From positions 17,426,029 to 17,490,028 of the forward strand of contig MU054323.1 in assembly GCA_013239625.1 (NCBI GenBank): DNA of 64,000 nucleotides, written 5' to 3'. This DNA is from Lama guanicoe. Taxonomy: Eukaryota. Of the stretch, positions 1-12,805 are shown piece after piece. Position 1 is the first letter of the stretch, and each line of letters opens with the position of its first letter. The notes beneath the pieces are model-generated. The model saw nothing but the letters and a program-made list of their open reading frames with translations. It was not told the origin of the DNA and searched no databases. The position numbers and the translations under genes were made by a program.

Positions 1-639
1 TGCTTCTATCTGGACAGTTCACTGTCTCTAGTAATTTCTAATAGATTCAGAAGCAACTTTGTTCACTATTACTATCAGATTTTATGGAATCTGGAAAAGC
101 AAAGGGATTAGGTCTGTATTAATTCTTAGTTGTTTGATACATGAGTCCTCTAACTGCATTCAGGAACCCCTTGGGTAAACTGCCAGAAAACACCATATTG
201 AATTCTGATGAATCTTTAATAGCCTTTTCTAGCTAATGGCTCTCTGAAGAATTAGAAAGTCTTCTAGACTGCACTTGTCACATTTTGAGCCCAGAACTGC
301 TACTTTTATTTGCAAATATAATGAGATAATTTGAAATAAAATTGATATTCTCAAAACCTTTACCGTAGCAAATAATAAAAATTTGGATTATTAAGTCCCT
401 TTTTGAGTGTTATGACTGTCTAGTTAATGTATGATGTTTTAGGTGCTTACTTAAAAATCAAAGCAAAAATCGTTCGTAAAAGAGAAAAAATTGAAAGAGA
501 CAATGATAAATCAGAGAGCTTAAATCTTTTCCATAAATAAAATTACTGAAAATATTTTCTCATTTCTTGGAACCTGTTAATTAGCCTTTAGGACTATGTA
601 TGTAACAATCTCCCTACCCCAACTCCCCAGCTCCTCTTA

Positions 640-1395
640 TTTGCTGGGGACATAAATATCAATTAGGACGTGGCATCTACCCTCAAGGAGTTCAGCTCAC
701 AGAGGAGCTTAGACATATAAACAACTGACTTAACACAGTGGGATGAGGTCAAAATGGAGTTATATTTAAGATACAGTGATGGAAAAAAAAAAAGTGACCC
801 TTGCTGATGGTACGTGAGGAGTATCAGAAGTCTTTACAAGTGAAATACATTTGAACTGGAGCACAAAGGATGAATAACGTATGACAAGGAGCAGTTAAGT
901 AAACAGGGCTTTCACTTAAAGAGGTAGCATATAAAGTCATAAAGGTGAAGACACATGATTTTATGTGCTAGGGAAACCAATAAAGAGTTGGACCAAAGAG
1001 TACATGTGGGAAAAACTAATACTAGAAAGGGCAGGCTTGTGTGTCAAGCTAAGAAGTTGGGAAGTGATCAGGGAAGGAGAAAATGATTGAAGGGTTTTAA
1101 ACAGACACTGACATAAATTAGATCTGTTTGCTGAATTATCTCTCTGTGTCGCATGAAGGATAGGCTAAAACGAAGATGAAATACAAAGAAGCAAAAGTAG
1201 TTGGAAAGATGCTGCATGCTCTGTAAAAAGACATAATGAACGTCTGAAACAAGGTAGAAGCAGCAGGAGATATAAAAGAAATAATGAGGTACGTCTGGGT
1301 AATTATTTAAGGGGTAAGGCTGCAATGAGAAAAGCACTAACTGAGCCAGGATAGGAAATACTAGACGAGAACAATATTTTTCAGAAAGATAAGGG
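640..1395 (-). mobile_element. L2 remnant
   Basis: Typical reverse-complement L2 3' motifs (ccctcaaggagttca, aagggttttaaacag, agatctgtttg); highly decayed. Confidence 0.6.
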
Positions 1396-1400
1396 ATTCA

Positions 1401-2208
1401 GTGGCCATCATCAAAAAGTCTACATATAATAAATGCTGGAGAGGGTGTGAAGAAAAGGGAACCCTCCTACACTGCTGGTGGGAATGCAGTTTGGTGCAGC
1501 CACTATGGAAAACAGTGTGGCGATTCCTCAAAAGACTAGGAATAGATTTACCATATGACCCAGGAATCCCACTCCTGGGCTTGTACCCAGAAGGAAATCT
1601 ACTTCAGGATGACACCTGCACCCCAATGTTCATAGCAGCACTATTTACAATAGCCAAAACATGGAAACAACCTAAATGTCCATCAACAGGTGACTGGATA
1701 AAGAAGATGTGGTATATTTATACAATGGAATACTACTCAGCCATAAAAACCGACAACATAATGCCATTTGCAGCAACATGGATGCTCCTAGAGAATGTCA
1801 TTCTAAGTGAAGTAAGCCAGAAAGAGAAAGAAAAATACCATATGAGATCGCTCATATGTGGAATCTAAAAAACAAAAACAAACAAACAAACAAAAACAAA
1901 GCATAAATACAGGACAGAAATAGACTCATGGACAGAGAATACAGACTTGTGGTTACCGGGGGGGGGCGGGGTAGAGGGTGGGAAGGGATAGACTGGGATT
2001 TCAAAATTGTAGAACAGATAAACAAGATTACACTGTATAGCACAGGGAAATATACACAAAATGTTATGATAAATCACAGAGAAAAAAATGTGACAATGAG
2101 TGTGTATATGTCCATGTATGACTGAAAAATTGTACTGAACACTGGAATTTGACACAACACTGTAAAATGATTATGAATCAATAAAAATGTAAAAAAAAAA
2201 AAAAAAAA
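1401..2208 (+). mobile_element. Young camelid-type L1, 5'-truncated (ORF2 C-terminus + 3' UTR + poly A)
   Basis: Uninterrupted 155-codon ORF2 tail with Cys-rich motif ([19 protein letters not shown]); G-rich 3' UTR tract; AATAAA; A18 tail. Confidence 0.93.
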
Positions 2209-2468
2209 GAAAACAAATTTACAATCACCAAAGGAGAAAGGAGGGGCAGGGGTAAATTAGAAGTATGGGATTAACATATACAAACCACTAAGAGATAAGC
2301 AATAAGGATTTACTGTATAGCACTGGGAACTATATTGTAATATTGAAAAATAATCTGAAAAATACATACCTATGTGTGTATGTCTGTGTGTGTCTAACTG
2401 AATTACTTTGCTGTATACCAGAAATTAATACAATATTATAAATCAACTATAGTTCAATTTAAAAAAAA
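2209..2468 (+). mobile_element. Older L1 3' UTR fragment
   Basis: ttactgtatagcactgggaactatat ... aatcaactatagttcaattt + A tail. Confidence 0.8.
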
Positions 2469-2807
2469 TTTAAGTTTTAACACTTTAGTTTAAGGTTCTT
2501 ATAACATACTTTATCTAGGGAAACAAAGTTGAAATTGTTTTTTTACAGATAAGTGGTTTTAAAATTTTGATTGTATTTAATTTTTTTTTGGTTAAGGAGA
2601 ATTATTTGCCCCAGTGGTGTTTCAAATACTCAAAAAGGAAAAACAACCTAACTATTGTGTGTTTATGATAGAGATAAATTTACTTATTAACCTACAAGCT
2701 GTCATAACTGCAGAAAGTAAACAGAACTTATTTAATGACTATTTGCAAATAACTTAGTACCAAAATTCAAGATTTTTCTTTTTTACTAATGTGAAAAGAT
2801 CAATGGT

Positions 2808-3220
2808 GTCATAAACAGAAAGAAGAATGCATAGGATATTACTTACATGTGAAATGTTAAAAAAAAAAAAGACACAAATGAACTACTTATTATTTATAAC
2901 TCAGATGACTGATTTCTTGAATATGTAATAAGCACATTTGACTGTCCTTTATGATTGGATTACTGCATTCTGTTGTTTCTTATTTTGTGGTTGGCTTTAG
3001 TCCTTTGATAACTATGTAAGTTTAAAAGCTAAAGCTCTAAACTGTTCTTAGAAACAATGAACAGTACATATATGTAAATTTTCCAAAATGTGCAGTATAT
3101 TGTATATATGTATTTACATGCAATATATTTACTGAATATGTGCAAACTATCAATTTTATTTAATAAAACTGGAAACTGGAAAAAAAAAAGAGTAGAGTCA
3201 GCTATTCACCATAAAGGAAA
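2808..3220 (+). mobile_element. Chimeric retroposon (L1-like head + non-L1 body + poly A)
   Basis: Exact 14-bp TSD AAAAGATCAATGGT (2794-2807 / 3221-3234); AATAAA 3162-3167; A10 at 3180-3189. Confidence 0.75.
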
Positions 3221-3639
3221 AAAAGATCAATGGTTACAATAAAATGATTGATATAGGTAAAATTTATTTTAAGACTACTTATCATATATTTGGCCATGTG
3301 AGCAAAATATAAATAAATTAGAAATCTGAGAACCTAAACATATTGTAAGAAGAAAGCTTGGACTATTATATTTGGCCAAAAAAAAGTGTATATACAAAAA
3401 CAGTAAAGATAATTTAAATTTTTACTATATTTTAAAAATACACAGCTTACAGCAAAAAAAGAAATCCCTATAAATTATAGGAAATGTAGTTACTGAAAAA
3501 CTCTACCTCAACTATTATCTGAAGAAATTTTAAATTATAGTAAGAGATATTCACACAGTAAATTTTTTAAAATATACACATACATTTAATGCTTTATTCC
3601 AAATAAAAGTGCAAATGACAATATAAGCTTGACATCTTA

Positions 3640-4345
3640 CTACAACCAGAGAGCAAGGAAGCTCTCAAAGATGAATGGGTCATAATAAAAAAAAAAAAAA
3701 ATACAGGAATATCACAAAAAGGCTTCTTATTGGCAAGATGGACTAATTCAAAAACAAAATCAATTGTAACTGATTGAAAGACAATAAATTTATTAAAATC
3801 AATAAGGTCAAAATTATGCTAAAAAAAAAACCTCTTTGAAAAGTACTGGAAATAACTGGAATGCCAATTCCTTTTCCTGAAAGAACTAATATACACCCTT
3901 CTTTTCCTGTCTGAACTATACTCCAAGATAATCAAATAGCCCTAGTTGATGAGGAATTCTCCCTTACAGGATTCGAGATAACAAATGTAGAAGAAATGCA
4001 AAGTTAGAAAATCATCCATTTGCAACCTGAATAATATAAGTTCAGACATTAATTATCAATAGATGAAACCATTAAAGAGCTGATCTCTATAAAGGAGGGC
4101 TGAGGCTGTCACCTTCTGAATCCCCTGGTCAATATTAGCATCACTAAAACTGGGACCAGACTGATGCAGTGTAAAGCCCACAGCACCACCTGTGAAGTAC
4201 TCAAAATTAAGACAGATAAGAGGAACTAGTTAGGTATTACCATAAGAAAGTAAACAGAAAAATTCATAATGTTGGACATTTTGCAGGACAAGTGATCTAG
4301 TTCCTTCAACAAGTCAATTGGGGGAGGAAGGTCTGTAAATTAAAG
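3640..4345 (+). mobile_element. Ancient L1 3' end (L1MC-like)
   Basis: Resembles L1MC4/5 3' UTR (gagcaaggaagctctcaaaga..., ggacattttgcaggacaagtga). Confidence 0.55.
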
Positions 4346-4779
4346 TAAAATGGGAACTACAGATAAAACTAAAGTACAATAGTCTTTTTGAGCATATCTA
4401 ACTTTTTCTATGAATTGAGTATATCTTATTATTCAAAGTACATGAAACATTCTACTTAGACATATCTAATAAGTGTCCTGTGTAAGCACATAACTAACTG
4501 GTGGTTAATTCAGAAATATTCTCTCACCCCTAATAAAGCCAAGTCCTTATCCTATCTATACTACAAGCTCTGTAGGGCCAGTTGAGAATCATTATTCATA
4601 ATATTGCCTCTTTAGGAGACCATTTCAAAACCCAAGCAATTTGTCAATTTGAGTTTGAAACAACTCATTAAGTGGGAACTGGCAACATATCTAGGCAGTA
4701 ATTCAAGTTTTTCTTCTTAAAATAATTTTTTACAATCTCACTGAAGCTTTTTATTTAATATTTTCCCAATACAAGCATA

Positions 4780-5160
4780 TGAAATGATCCTCAAATTCAA
4801 CAAAATCAAGAGAAATGCAAATTAAAGAATCAAAAAGGTATTATCTTGCTTCAATGAGACTAGCAAAAGTTTAAATGATCAGTAACACCTGTTGTTGACA
4901 GGCATGCTAGGAAAAGGTTATTCTATTACCTTGCTGGAAGAAATGTGATAACAGACTTTTTGAAAAAAGTAATCCAGCAACCACTATCAAAATTAAAAAT
5001 AAATATATTCTATGGTCCAGCAAACACACTCTTAGGAATGTCTTGAGGAAATAAAAGGATATGCATACAAAAATTTTACTGTAGCACTGCTTATACTGAC
5101 AAAAAACTAGGAAGTAAATGTCCATCAGTAAGGGAATCTTTGAATAAATTATGAATATTA
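4780..5160 (+). mobile_element. Ancient L1 (L1ME-like) fragment
   Basis: gaaatgcaaattaaa ... gtaaatgtccatcagtaaggga motifs. Confidence 0.55.
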
Positions 5161-5161
5161 T

Positions 5162-5553
5162 TGTTATGAGCTAAATTGTGTCCCTAAAAAGCTCATATGT
5201 TCAAGTCCTAATTACCAGTACTTCATAAGAATGTGACTGTATTTGAAGACACAATCTTTAAAGAGGTAATTAAGTTAAAATAGGGCCATTAGGGTAGGCC
5301 CAAATGCACTATGACTGGTATTCTTACCAGAAGGAGAAATTTGGGCACAGACATGCACAGAGAGAGGACTATGTGAAGACACAAGGAGAAGACAGCCATC
5401 CACAAGGATAGAGAGAGGCCTCAGAAGAAATCACCCCTGCCAATGTCTGGATCTTGGACTTCTAGTCTCCAGAATTGAAATAAAATAAACTTCTGTTGTT
5501 TAAGCTACCAAGGGCGTGGTGCTTTGTTATGGCAGCCCTGGTCAACTAATATA
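5162..5553 (+). mobile_element. MaLR solo LTR (MLT1B-like)
   Basis: Starts TGTTATGAGCTAAATTGTGTCCC; contains atcttggacttctagtctccagaa; ends ttgttatggcagccct...aactaatata. Confidence 0.85.
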
Positions 5554-6809
5554 ATAACTATGTACTTGTTAATAAGAAGCAAGCAGAGCTTTGCCATTTG
5601 ACAGATGTCCACAAGGTACTCTTGAGTAAGACAGAAAACTTAAAAAGTACAGAAAATGCCTAAAAAATAGTGTACACACACTTGTATGTGCGTATAATGT
5701 ATTATAAATATATATGTGTACATGAACACGACAACATGGAGAAAAATATGGGATGACATATTCTAGGTTATTATCACGGGTTAGAGGGACCTGGCAGGGC
5801 AGGAATATGGATGGAAGGGAAGGAAAAAAAGGGGGAAGAATAAGCCAACTACTCTCCCCCTTCAAAAAAAAAAAAACAAAACTGACTGAAAATAATCATC
5901 ACGTTAATGCACTTTTGTAACACTTTATGTATATGTAAAGTAAAATAGAGTTTTAATTGAATTTTTCATTTAAATAAAGACTTTCATGCTTTTCTGCTGT
6001 GTGTACATTAGCCATGGAAAAGACAATATTCAAAGTCCTTTCCCTCAGAAAATATCTCCACACATCAAATTCCAAACACATGTCAAGTGCCAAGGTCATA
6101 TCATCTTTCATTTATTTTGCTTTTTTAAAATATCATCTTCCCAAATTTTTATTACTTTCTATGATTACAGAGTTTCCACCAATAAAACAAAGAACTGACT
6201 CAAAAAAAGAATCTCAAAGTTTTTCAATTCTTCTTCAAGCATTTTCTTAAATACGCAGAGTCTTCCAAATGTGACAGAAATCTCTTATCAATAATGTCCT
6301 GACAAAGGTAGCAGCTCTTTATAAAATTGCCATTTTTTTCAACCCCAGTGTCCCCAATCTATTCTATCCTAATTTAAGTTTCGAATCTATTCTAAGATGC
6401 ATCTTTAAAGCTGGAAAAGCAGTTCCTAATACACGTGTGTCTGTTTATTTTTTGGCAGTTTCCCTAAAAATATCAACAGATGGCAGTTTGTGACTTGAGT
6501 ATCTTTCTAATAAGATTCACCAATTGACTGCCCATAACCTCTAAGCACTGGGTTCTAAAATCTAGAGCATCAAAGGCATAAAAGCAGAGAAAACTTATTC
6601 AGTCTTCTCCATACAGATCAGATTCCTTGATGTATGATCACTAACAGTAAGTTGATTTACCAGATGAACTAAATTAATTTCTCCACATTTAGATACTTTT
6701 ATTTCTAGAAGATAAAATGGTCAATGTCATCTGTGAACTCCAGGTGACATTCTTATAAATTTTATCCATTTTCAGACTGAGTAAATGAGGCTCTATCACA
6801 AATATGATA

Positions 6810-7468
6810 ATACACACCTGCATGTGTTCAATAGATACTCTGCTAGATACCAGGAATATAAGACAGATACAGTCCCTCCCCTGCAGAGCTTAGAAGTACA
6901 AGAGGGGAACAAGACATTAAATTAAAAACAAAAAAAACATGGTAAGAGGCAGAACAGTAAAGAGGTTAGGTGTGGGCTAAATTGTCTAAATTCAAATGTT
7001 AGTTCTTCAAATTGATCAGGGTATATATATAACCCTGAGCAAATCCTTATTAATCCTTTTATAATATTATGTACCAGTACACTGTCAATATTTACTAAAT
7101 GTTAGCTGTAGCTATTAACTATTGTTCTTACTAAAGTAAAGGATGCCATGAAGCTACAAAAGGGGGTCTAACTTAACCGAGAGGTTCTGGAAATGATTAA
7201 AGTCAAAACCTGAAGGGTGAATAGAATTTAGGTGAAAAGTGGACTGATGAAGTAAAAGGAATGATATTCTAGGCAAAGGGAATAGCATGTACAGACACGA
7301 AAGGGAGAGTGAAGAAAATGAAATTAGAGAGGGTTAGGTAGGGCCCAGACCACTAGCCAGATGCACCAGAAGTAGATGCACTTACTAAGATGAGAAATAC
7401 TGTAAGAAGCAGATTTTTTACTAACTGGGAGAGCAACAGGGAGATTAAAAGTTTAGTTCATTATGCTT
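6810..7468 (-). mobile_element. L2 remnant (with a MIR at ~6940-7110); resumes at 12404-12480 after the L1 stack
   Basis: acagtccctcccctgcagagctt and aggcaaagggaatagcatgt motifs; continuation after the TSD. Confidence 0.55.
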
Positions 7469-8184
7469 CATGTCTTTTTAAGTATAAATGACATACAACA
7501 TTAGTTTCAGGTGTACAACATGATTCAACATTTGTATATTCTGTGAAATTATCACTACAATATATCTAGTACCACCTGTCACCATAAAAACTTATAAACT
7601 TGCTTTCCTTATAATAAGAACTTTTAAAGATTTACTTTCTGATATACTATGTTCTTGGATTGGAAGAATATTGTTAAAATGACCATACTACCCAAGGCAA
7701 TCTGCAGATTCAATGCAATTCCTATCAAATTACCAATGGCATTTTTCACAGAACTAGAACAAATAATTTTAAAATTTGTATAGGAACACAAAAGACTCTG
7801 AATACCCAAAGCAATTCTGAGAAAGAACAGAGCTGGAGAAATCAAACTCTCTAGCTTCAGACGGTGCTACAAACCTGCAGTCATCAAAACAGTATGGTAC
7901 TAGCACAAAAACAGACACATAGATCAATGCAACAAGACAGAGAGCCCAGAAATAAACCCACACACTTATAGTCAATTAATCTATGACAAAGGAGTCAAGA
8001 ATATTCATTGGAGAAAAAGTCTCTTCAATAAGTGGTGTTGGGAAAACTGGACAGCTACATATAAAAGAATGAAATTAGAATACTCTCTAACACCATATAT
8101 AAAAATAAACTCAAAACAGATTAAAGACCTAAGTGTAAGACCACTTACTATAAAACTCCTAGAGGAAAACATAGGCAGAACACT

Positions 8185-9020
8185 TTTTTTTAAATTGAAG
8201 TATAGTCAGTTACAATGTGTTAATTTCTGGTGTACAGTATGATGTTTCAGTCATACATAACATACATATATTCGTTTTCATATTCTTTCTCATTATAGGT
8301 TACTACAAGATATTGAATATAGTTCCCTGTGCTAGACAGAAAAAACTGGGGTTTTTTTTATAGTGAAAAAAATTTATATTTAGAATTAGCCAGCTTGACT
8401 CAGTTTAGATGATTCCAATTTTGTTGGCAATATCCAAAGCATCATAGTCAGGAGCCAATCGTACATATGCATTCTTCTCTCCACTAGGTCTGATCAGGGT
8501 GTTGACTTCAGTCACGTCAATGTCAAAGAGCTTCCTTACAGCCTGTTTGATCTGGTGCTTGTTGGCCTTGACATCCACGATGAACACGAGCATGATGTTG
8601 TCTTTTATCTTCTTCGTGGCTGACTCAGTGGTCAGGGGGAACTTGATGATGGCATAGTGGTCAAGCCTGTGTCTCCTAGGGGCACTCTTCTGAGAATACT
8701 TGGGCTACCTTCTGAGCTGCAATGTTTTGGGCCTTTGGAAGGCAGGTAACAAACAGATCTCTTTTTCTGTCACTGTGGATACCTTTCAGCACTGCTTTCT
8801 TGGCCGTCAGAGCCTGTGCTTTGGCTTCGGCTTTGGGAGGGGCAGGGGCTTCCTTCTTCACTTTTGGCTCCATCTTCGCAAAAAGGCAAAAATTTGTTTT
8901 TTAATCTATTTTGTATATTGTAGTTAATATTTGCAAATCTTTAACTCCCAATTTATTCCTTCCCACCCCCCCTTCTCTGCAGATAACCATAAGTTTGTTT
9001 ACTATGTCTGTGAGTCTGTT
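8185..9020 (-). mobile_element. Short camelid-type L1 3' fragment, split by the RPL23A retrocopy
   Basis: Poly-T at 8184-8191; TSD GGCAGAACACT (8174-8184 / 9021-9031). Confidence 0.85.
8352..8886 (-). pseudogene. RPL23A: RPL23A processed pseudogene, full length
   Basis: [19 protein letters not shown]... and ...[60 protein letters not shown]. Intronless; CDS span 8405-8873 = 469 nt (2-nt deletion near 8760) plus a premature TAG at 8707-8705; 5'TOP CCTTTTT; 3' UTR; poly(A) 8352-8359. Confidence 0.96.
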
Positions 9021-12000
9021 GGCAGAACACTCTTTGACATAAATCACAGTAGTATTTTTTTGCATCTGTCCCCTAGGGCAAAGGAAACAAAAGCAAAAAT
9101 AAACAAATGGTACCTAATTATACTTATAAGCTTTTGCACAGCAAAGGAAACCATTAATAAAATGAAAAGACAACCTACAGAATGGAAGAAGATATCTGCA
9201 AATGATATGACCAATAAGGGGTTAATATCCAGCATATATAAACAGCTCATATAATTCAACATCAAAAAAACAAAAACTGACTTAAAAACGAGCAGAACAA
9301 AATAGACATTTTTCCAAAGAGGAAGTACAGATGGTCAACAGGCACATAAAAAGATGTTCAACATCACTCATCATGAGGGAAATGCAAATCAAAACCACAG
9401 TAACGTATTACCTCACACCTGTCAGAATGGCTATCATCAAAAAGAACATAAATAAACAAATGTTGGTGAGGATGTGGAGAGAAGGGAATCCTTGCACACT
9501 GTTGATGGGAATGTAAATTGGTGCAGCCACTGTGGAAAGCAGTATGGAGGTTTCTCAAAAAACTAAAAACAGAATTACCATATGACCTAGCAATTCCACT
9601 CCTGGATATACACCTGAAAAACAAAAACAAAAACACTAATCCAAAAAGATACATGCAGTCCAATGTTCACAGCAGCATTATTCACAACTGCCAAAATATG
9701 GAAGCAACCTAAATGCCCATCAACAGATGGATGGGCAAAAAGGATATGATATACACATGATGGAATACTACTCAGCCATTAAAAAGAATGAAATCTTGCC
9801 ATATGCAGCAATGTGGACAGACTTAGAGGGCATTACGCTAAGTGAATTAGGTCAGACAGAGAAAGACAAATACTGTATGGTATCACATGTGCAACCTAAA
9901 AATTACAAAAAAACTAGTGAATATAACAAAAAAGAAGCAGACTCACAGATATAGAGAACAAACTAGTGGTTACCAGTGGAGGTAGGGGAATAGGAGATAA
10001 AAACTATTGGATGTAAGACAGGCTCAAGGACATACTGTATAGCACAGGGAATATGGTCAATATTTTGTAATAACTGTAAATGAAAAGTAACCATTAAAAG
10101 TTGTATAAAATATTTAAAAATTTAAAGTTTAAAAAAGTGAAAAATAAGTAAGATTTACTTTGTGGGCAACTTTCAAACTTACAATAGAATATTATGTACA
10201 TGCTGTACATTATTTCCCAGTGACTTCTTTACTGTACATGCTGTACATTACATCCTCATGACTTCTTTACTGGAAGTTTGTATCTCTTGATCCTCTTTAC
10301 CCATTTTGCCCACTTACCTCTAACCTCTGGCAATCAAAAATTCATTCTCTGTATCTCTGAGTTTGGCTTTATTTTGTTCATTCATTTTATTTTTTAAATT
10401 CCACATGTAAGTAAAAAACATAAGGTAACTAGTCTTTCACAGTCTGACTTATTTCATTTAGCACAAAACCCTCAAGGTCCACCCATGCTGTAAATGGCAA
10501 ATTTTCATTCTTTTTTATGCCTGAGTGGTAGTCCATTGTGTATGTATACACACACACTGCATTTTCCTTATCCATTCATTGACAGACACTCAGGTTGTTT
10601 CCATATCTTGGCTATTGTAAATAATGCTGTGATGAACACAGGGGTGCAGTGATCTTTTCAAATTAGTGTTCTCATTTTCTTCAGATACACAGGCAGAAAT
10701 GGATGTGTTGGATTATACGACAGTTCTATTTTTAGTTTTTTGAGGAACCTCTATACTGTTTTCCATAGGGGCTCCACCAAATTACATTTCCAACAACAGG
10801 GCACAAAGGTTCCCTTTTCTCTACATCCTTGCCAAAACTTGTTATTTCTAGTACTTTTGATAATAGCCATTCTGAAAGATGTAGAGTGTACCACGTTGTG
10901 GTTTTGATTTGTATTGCCCTGGTGATTAGTGATGTTAAGCATCTTTTTTAATGTGCCTTGTTAGTCATCTGTATGACTTCCTTGAAAAAAATATCTATTC
11001 AGAACCTCTGCCCATTTTAAAATCAGATTAGTTGTTTTTTGTTGTTGTTATCAAGTTGCATGCATTCTTCACATATGTTGGATATTAAGCTCTTATTAAG
11101 CATATGATTTGCAAGTATTTTCTCCCATTGCAATAGGTTGCTTTCTTATTTTGTTAATGGTTTCCTGTGCAGAGTTTTTCAGTTTGATGTATTCATTTAT
11201 TTTTCCTTTTGCTGCCATTGCCTTTGGAGTCAGATCCAAAAAGATATTGCCAAGCACAATGTCAAGGAGCTTACTGCCTATGTTTTCTTGTAGTTTTATG
11301 GTTTCTGATCTTATATTCAAATCTTTAATCCATTTTGAGTTAAATTTTGTGCAGGGTGTAAGTTAGTGGTCCAGTTTTCCCAAACTACTTAATGAAGAGA
11401 CTATGCTTTGCACACTGCATATTCTTGCCTCCTTCGTTGCAAATTAATAGACCATCTATGCATGGGTTTATTTCTGGGCTCTCTATTCTGTTCCACTGAT
11501 CTGTTTGCTTTTAAATCAAAACCATAGTATTTTGATTACAATAGCTTTGTGGTATAGTTTGAAAGCAAGGAATGTAATGCCTCCAGCTGTGATCCCTCTC
11601 AGGATTCCTTTGGCTATTTGGAATCTTTTGTGGTTCCTTCCATAAAAATTTTAGGATTATCTGTTCTATCTCTGTGAAAAATGTCATTGGAATTAATAGG
11701 GATTGCATTGAATTTATAGCTTGCTTTGGGTTATATGGACATTTTAAGAATACATTAAAATTGTTCCATCTATGAACACAGGATATTTTTTCCATTTCTA
11801 TGTGTCTTCTTCTATTTCTTTCATCAGTGTCCTGTAATTTTCAGTGCACAGGTCCTTTCATCTCCTGGTTAAATTTATTCCTAGATATTTTATTATTTTT
11901 GATGCAACTGTAAATGGGACTGTTTTCTTAATTTCTCTGAGAGTTCATTGTTAATGAATAAAAATGCAACAGATTTTTGAATACTGATTTTGTACCTTGC

Positions 12001-12574
12001 CACTTTACTGAATTTGTTTATTAGTTCCAACAGTTTTTTGGTGGAGTCTTTAGGGGTTTCTATATATAAAAATCATATCATCAACAAACAGTGACAGTTT
12101 TACTTTTTCCTTTCCAATCTGGATGCCTTTTATTTATTTTTCTTGCCTCACTGCTCTGGACTTCCAATAATATGCTGAATAAAAGTGGTAAAAGTGGGCA
12201 CCCTTGTTCCAGATCTTAAGGGGAAAAGCTGATGTTAGCTGCTCTGTCAGTTTGTTAGGCTTGTCATATATGGCCTTTATTATATTGAGGTACATTCCCT
12301 TTATACTCACTTTATTGAGAGTTTTTATCATAAAAGATTGAATTCTGTCAAATGCTTTTTCTCCATCTGTTGAGATGATCATATGATGATCTGATTGATC
12401 TGGAGTTCATTATGCTTGAAGTATCGGTGACACATGAAATTAGCAAACAATCAGTTTCATATATGAGTAACAAGCCTGAAATTTTATTTTTAATAATTTT
12501 ATCATATTGTGCTTCTAGCCTATCAAAATAGCAAGAAGTAGTTAGATATTAAATCAATGTTAAAACAAAAATGT

Positions 12575-12805
12575 GGGGTAGGGTGGTAAATTGGGAGTTT
12601 AGGATTTGCAGATACTAACTACTATATATAAAATAAACAACAAGGTCCTACTGTACAGCACATGGAACTATATTTCTTGAAGTAACCGATAATGAAAAAG
12701 AGCACGAAAAAATATATATGTATGTGTATAACTAAATCACTACGCTGTACACTAGAGACTAACACAACATTGTAAATCGATGATACTTCAATAAAAAAAG
12801 GAAAA
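12575..12805 (+). mobile_element. Short L1 3' fragment
   Basis: 13-bp TSD AAAACAAAAATGT (12562-12574 / 12806-12818) at a TT/AAAA site; AATAAA + A tail. Confidence 0.88.

Larger units (their letters stand above)
7642..10149 (+). mobile_element. L1 (ORF2 3' part + 3' UTR) nested in the minus-strand L1
   Basis: TSD AAGATTTACTTT (7627-7638 / 10150-10161) at a TTTT/AAAG site; ORF2 peptides such as KTINKMKRQPTEWKKI and [15 protein letters not shown]. Confidence 0.9.
7469..12403 (-). mobile_element. L1MA9-like element (ORF2 RT region to 3' end), interrupted by nested insertions
   Basis: Exact 14-bp TSD AGTTCATTATGCTT (7455-7468 / 12404-12417); minus-strand ORF2 fragments at 10751-12382. Confidence 0.88.

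Noticed and set aside
1401..1868. 155-aa ORF as a host gene
   Set aside because: It is the C-terminus of L1 ORF2 in a 5'-truncated copy with a GTG pseudo-start.
8405..8873. RPL23A as a functional retrogene
   Set aside because: 2-nt frameshift, in-frame TAG and numerous substitutions in a highly conserved protein.
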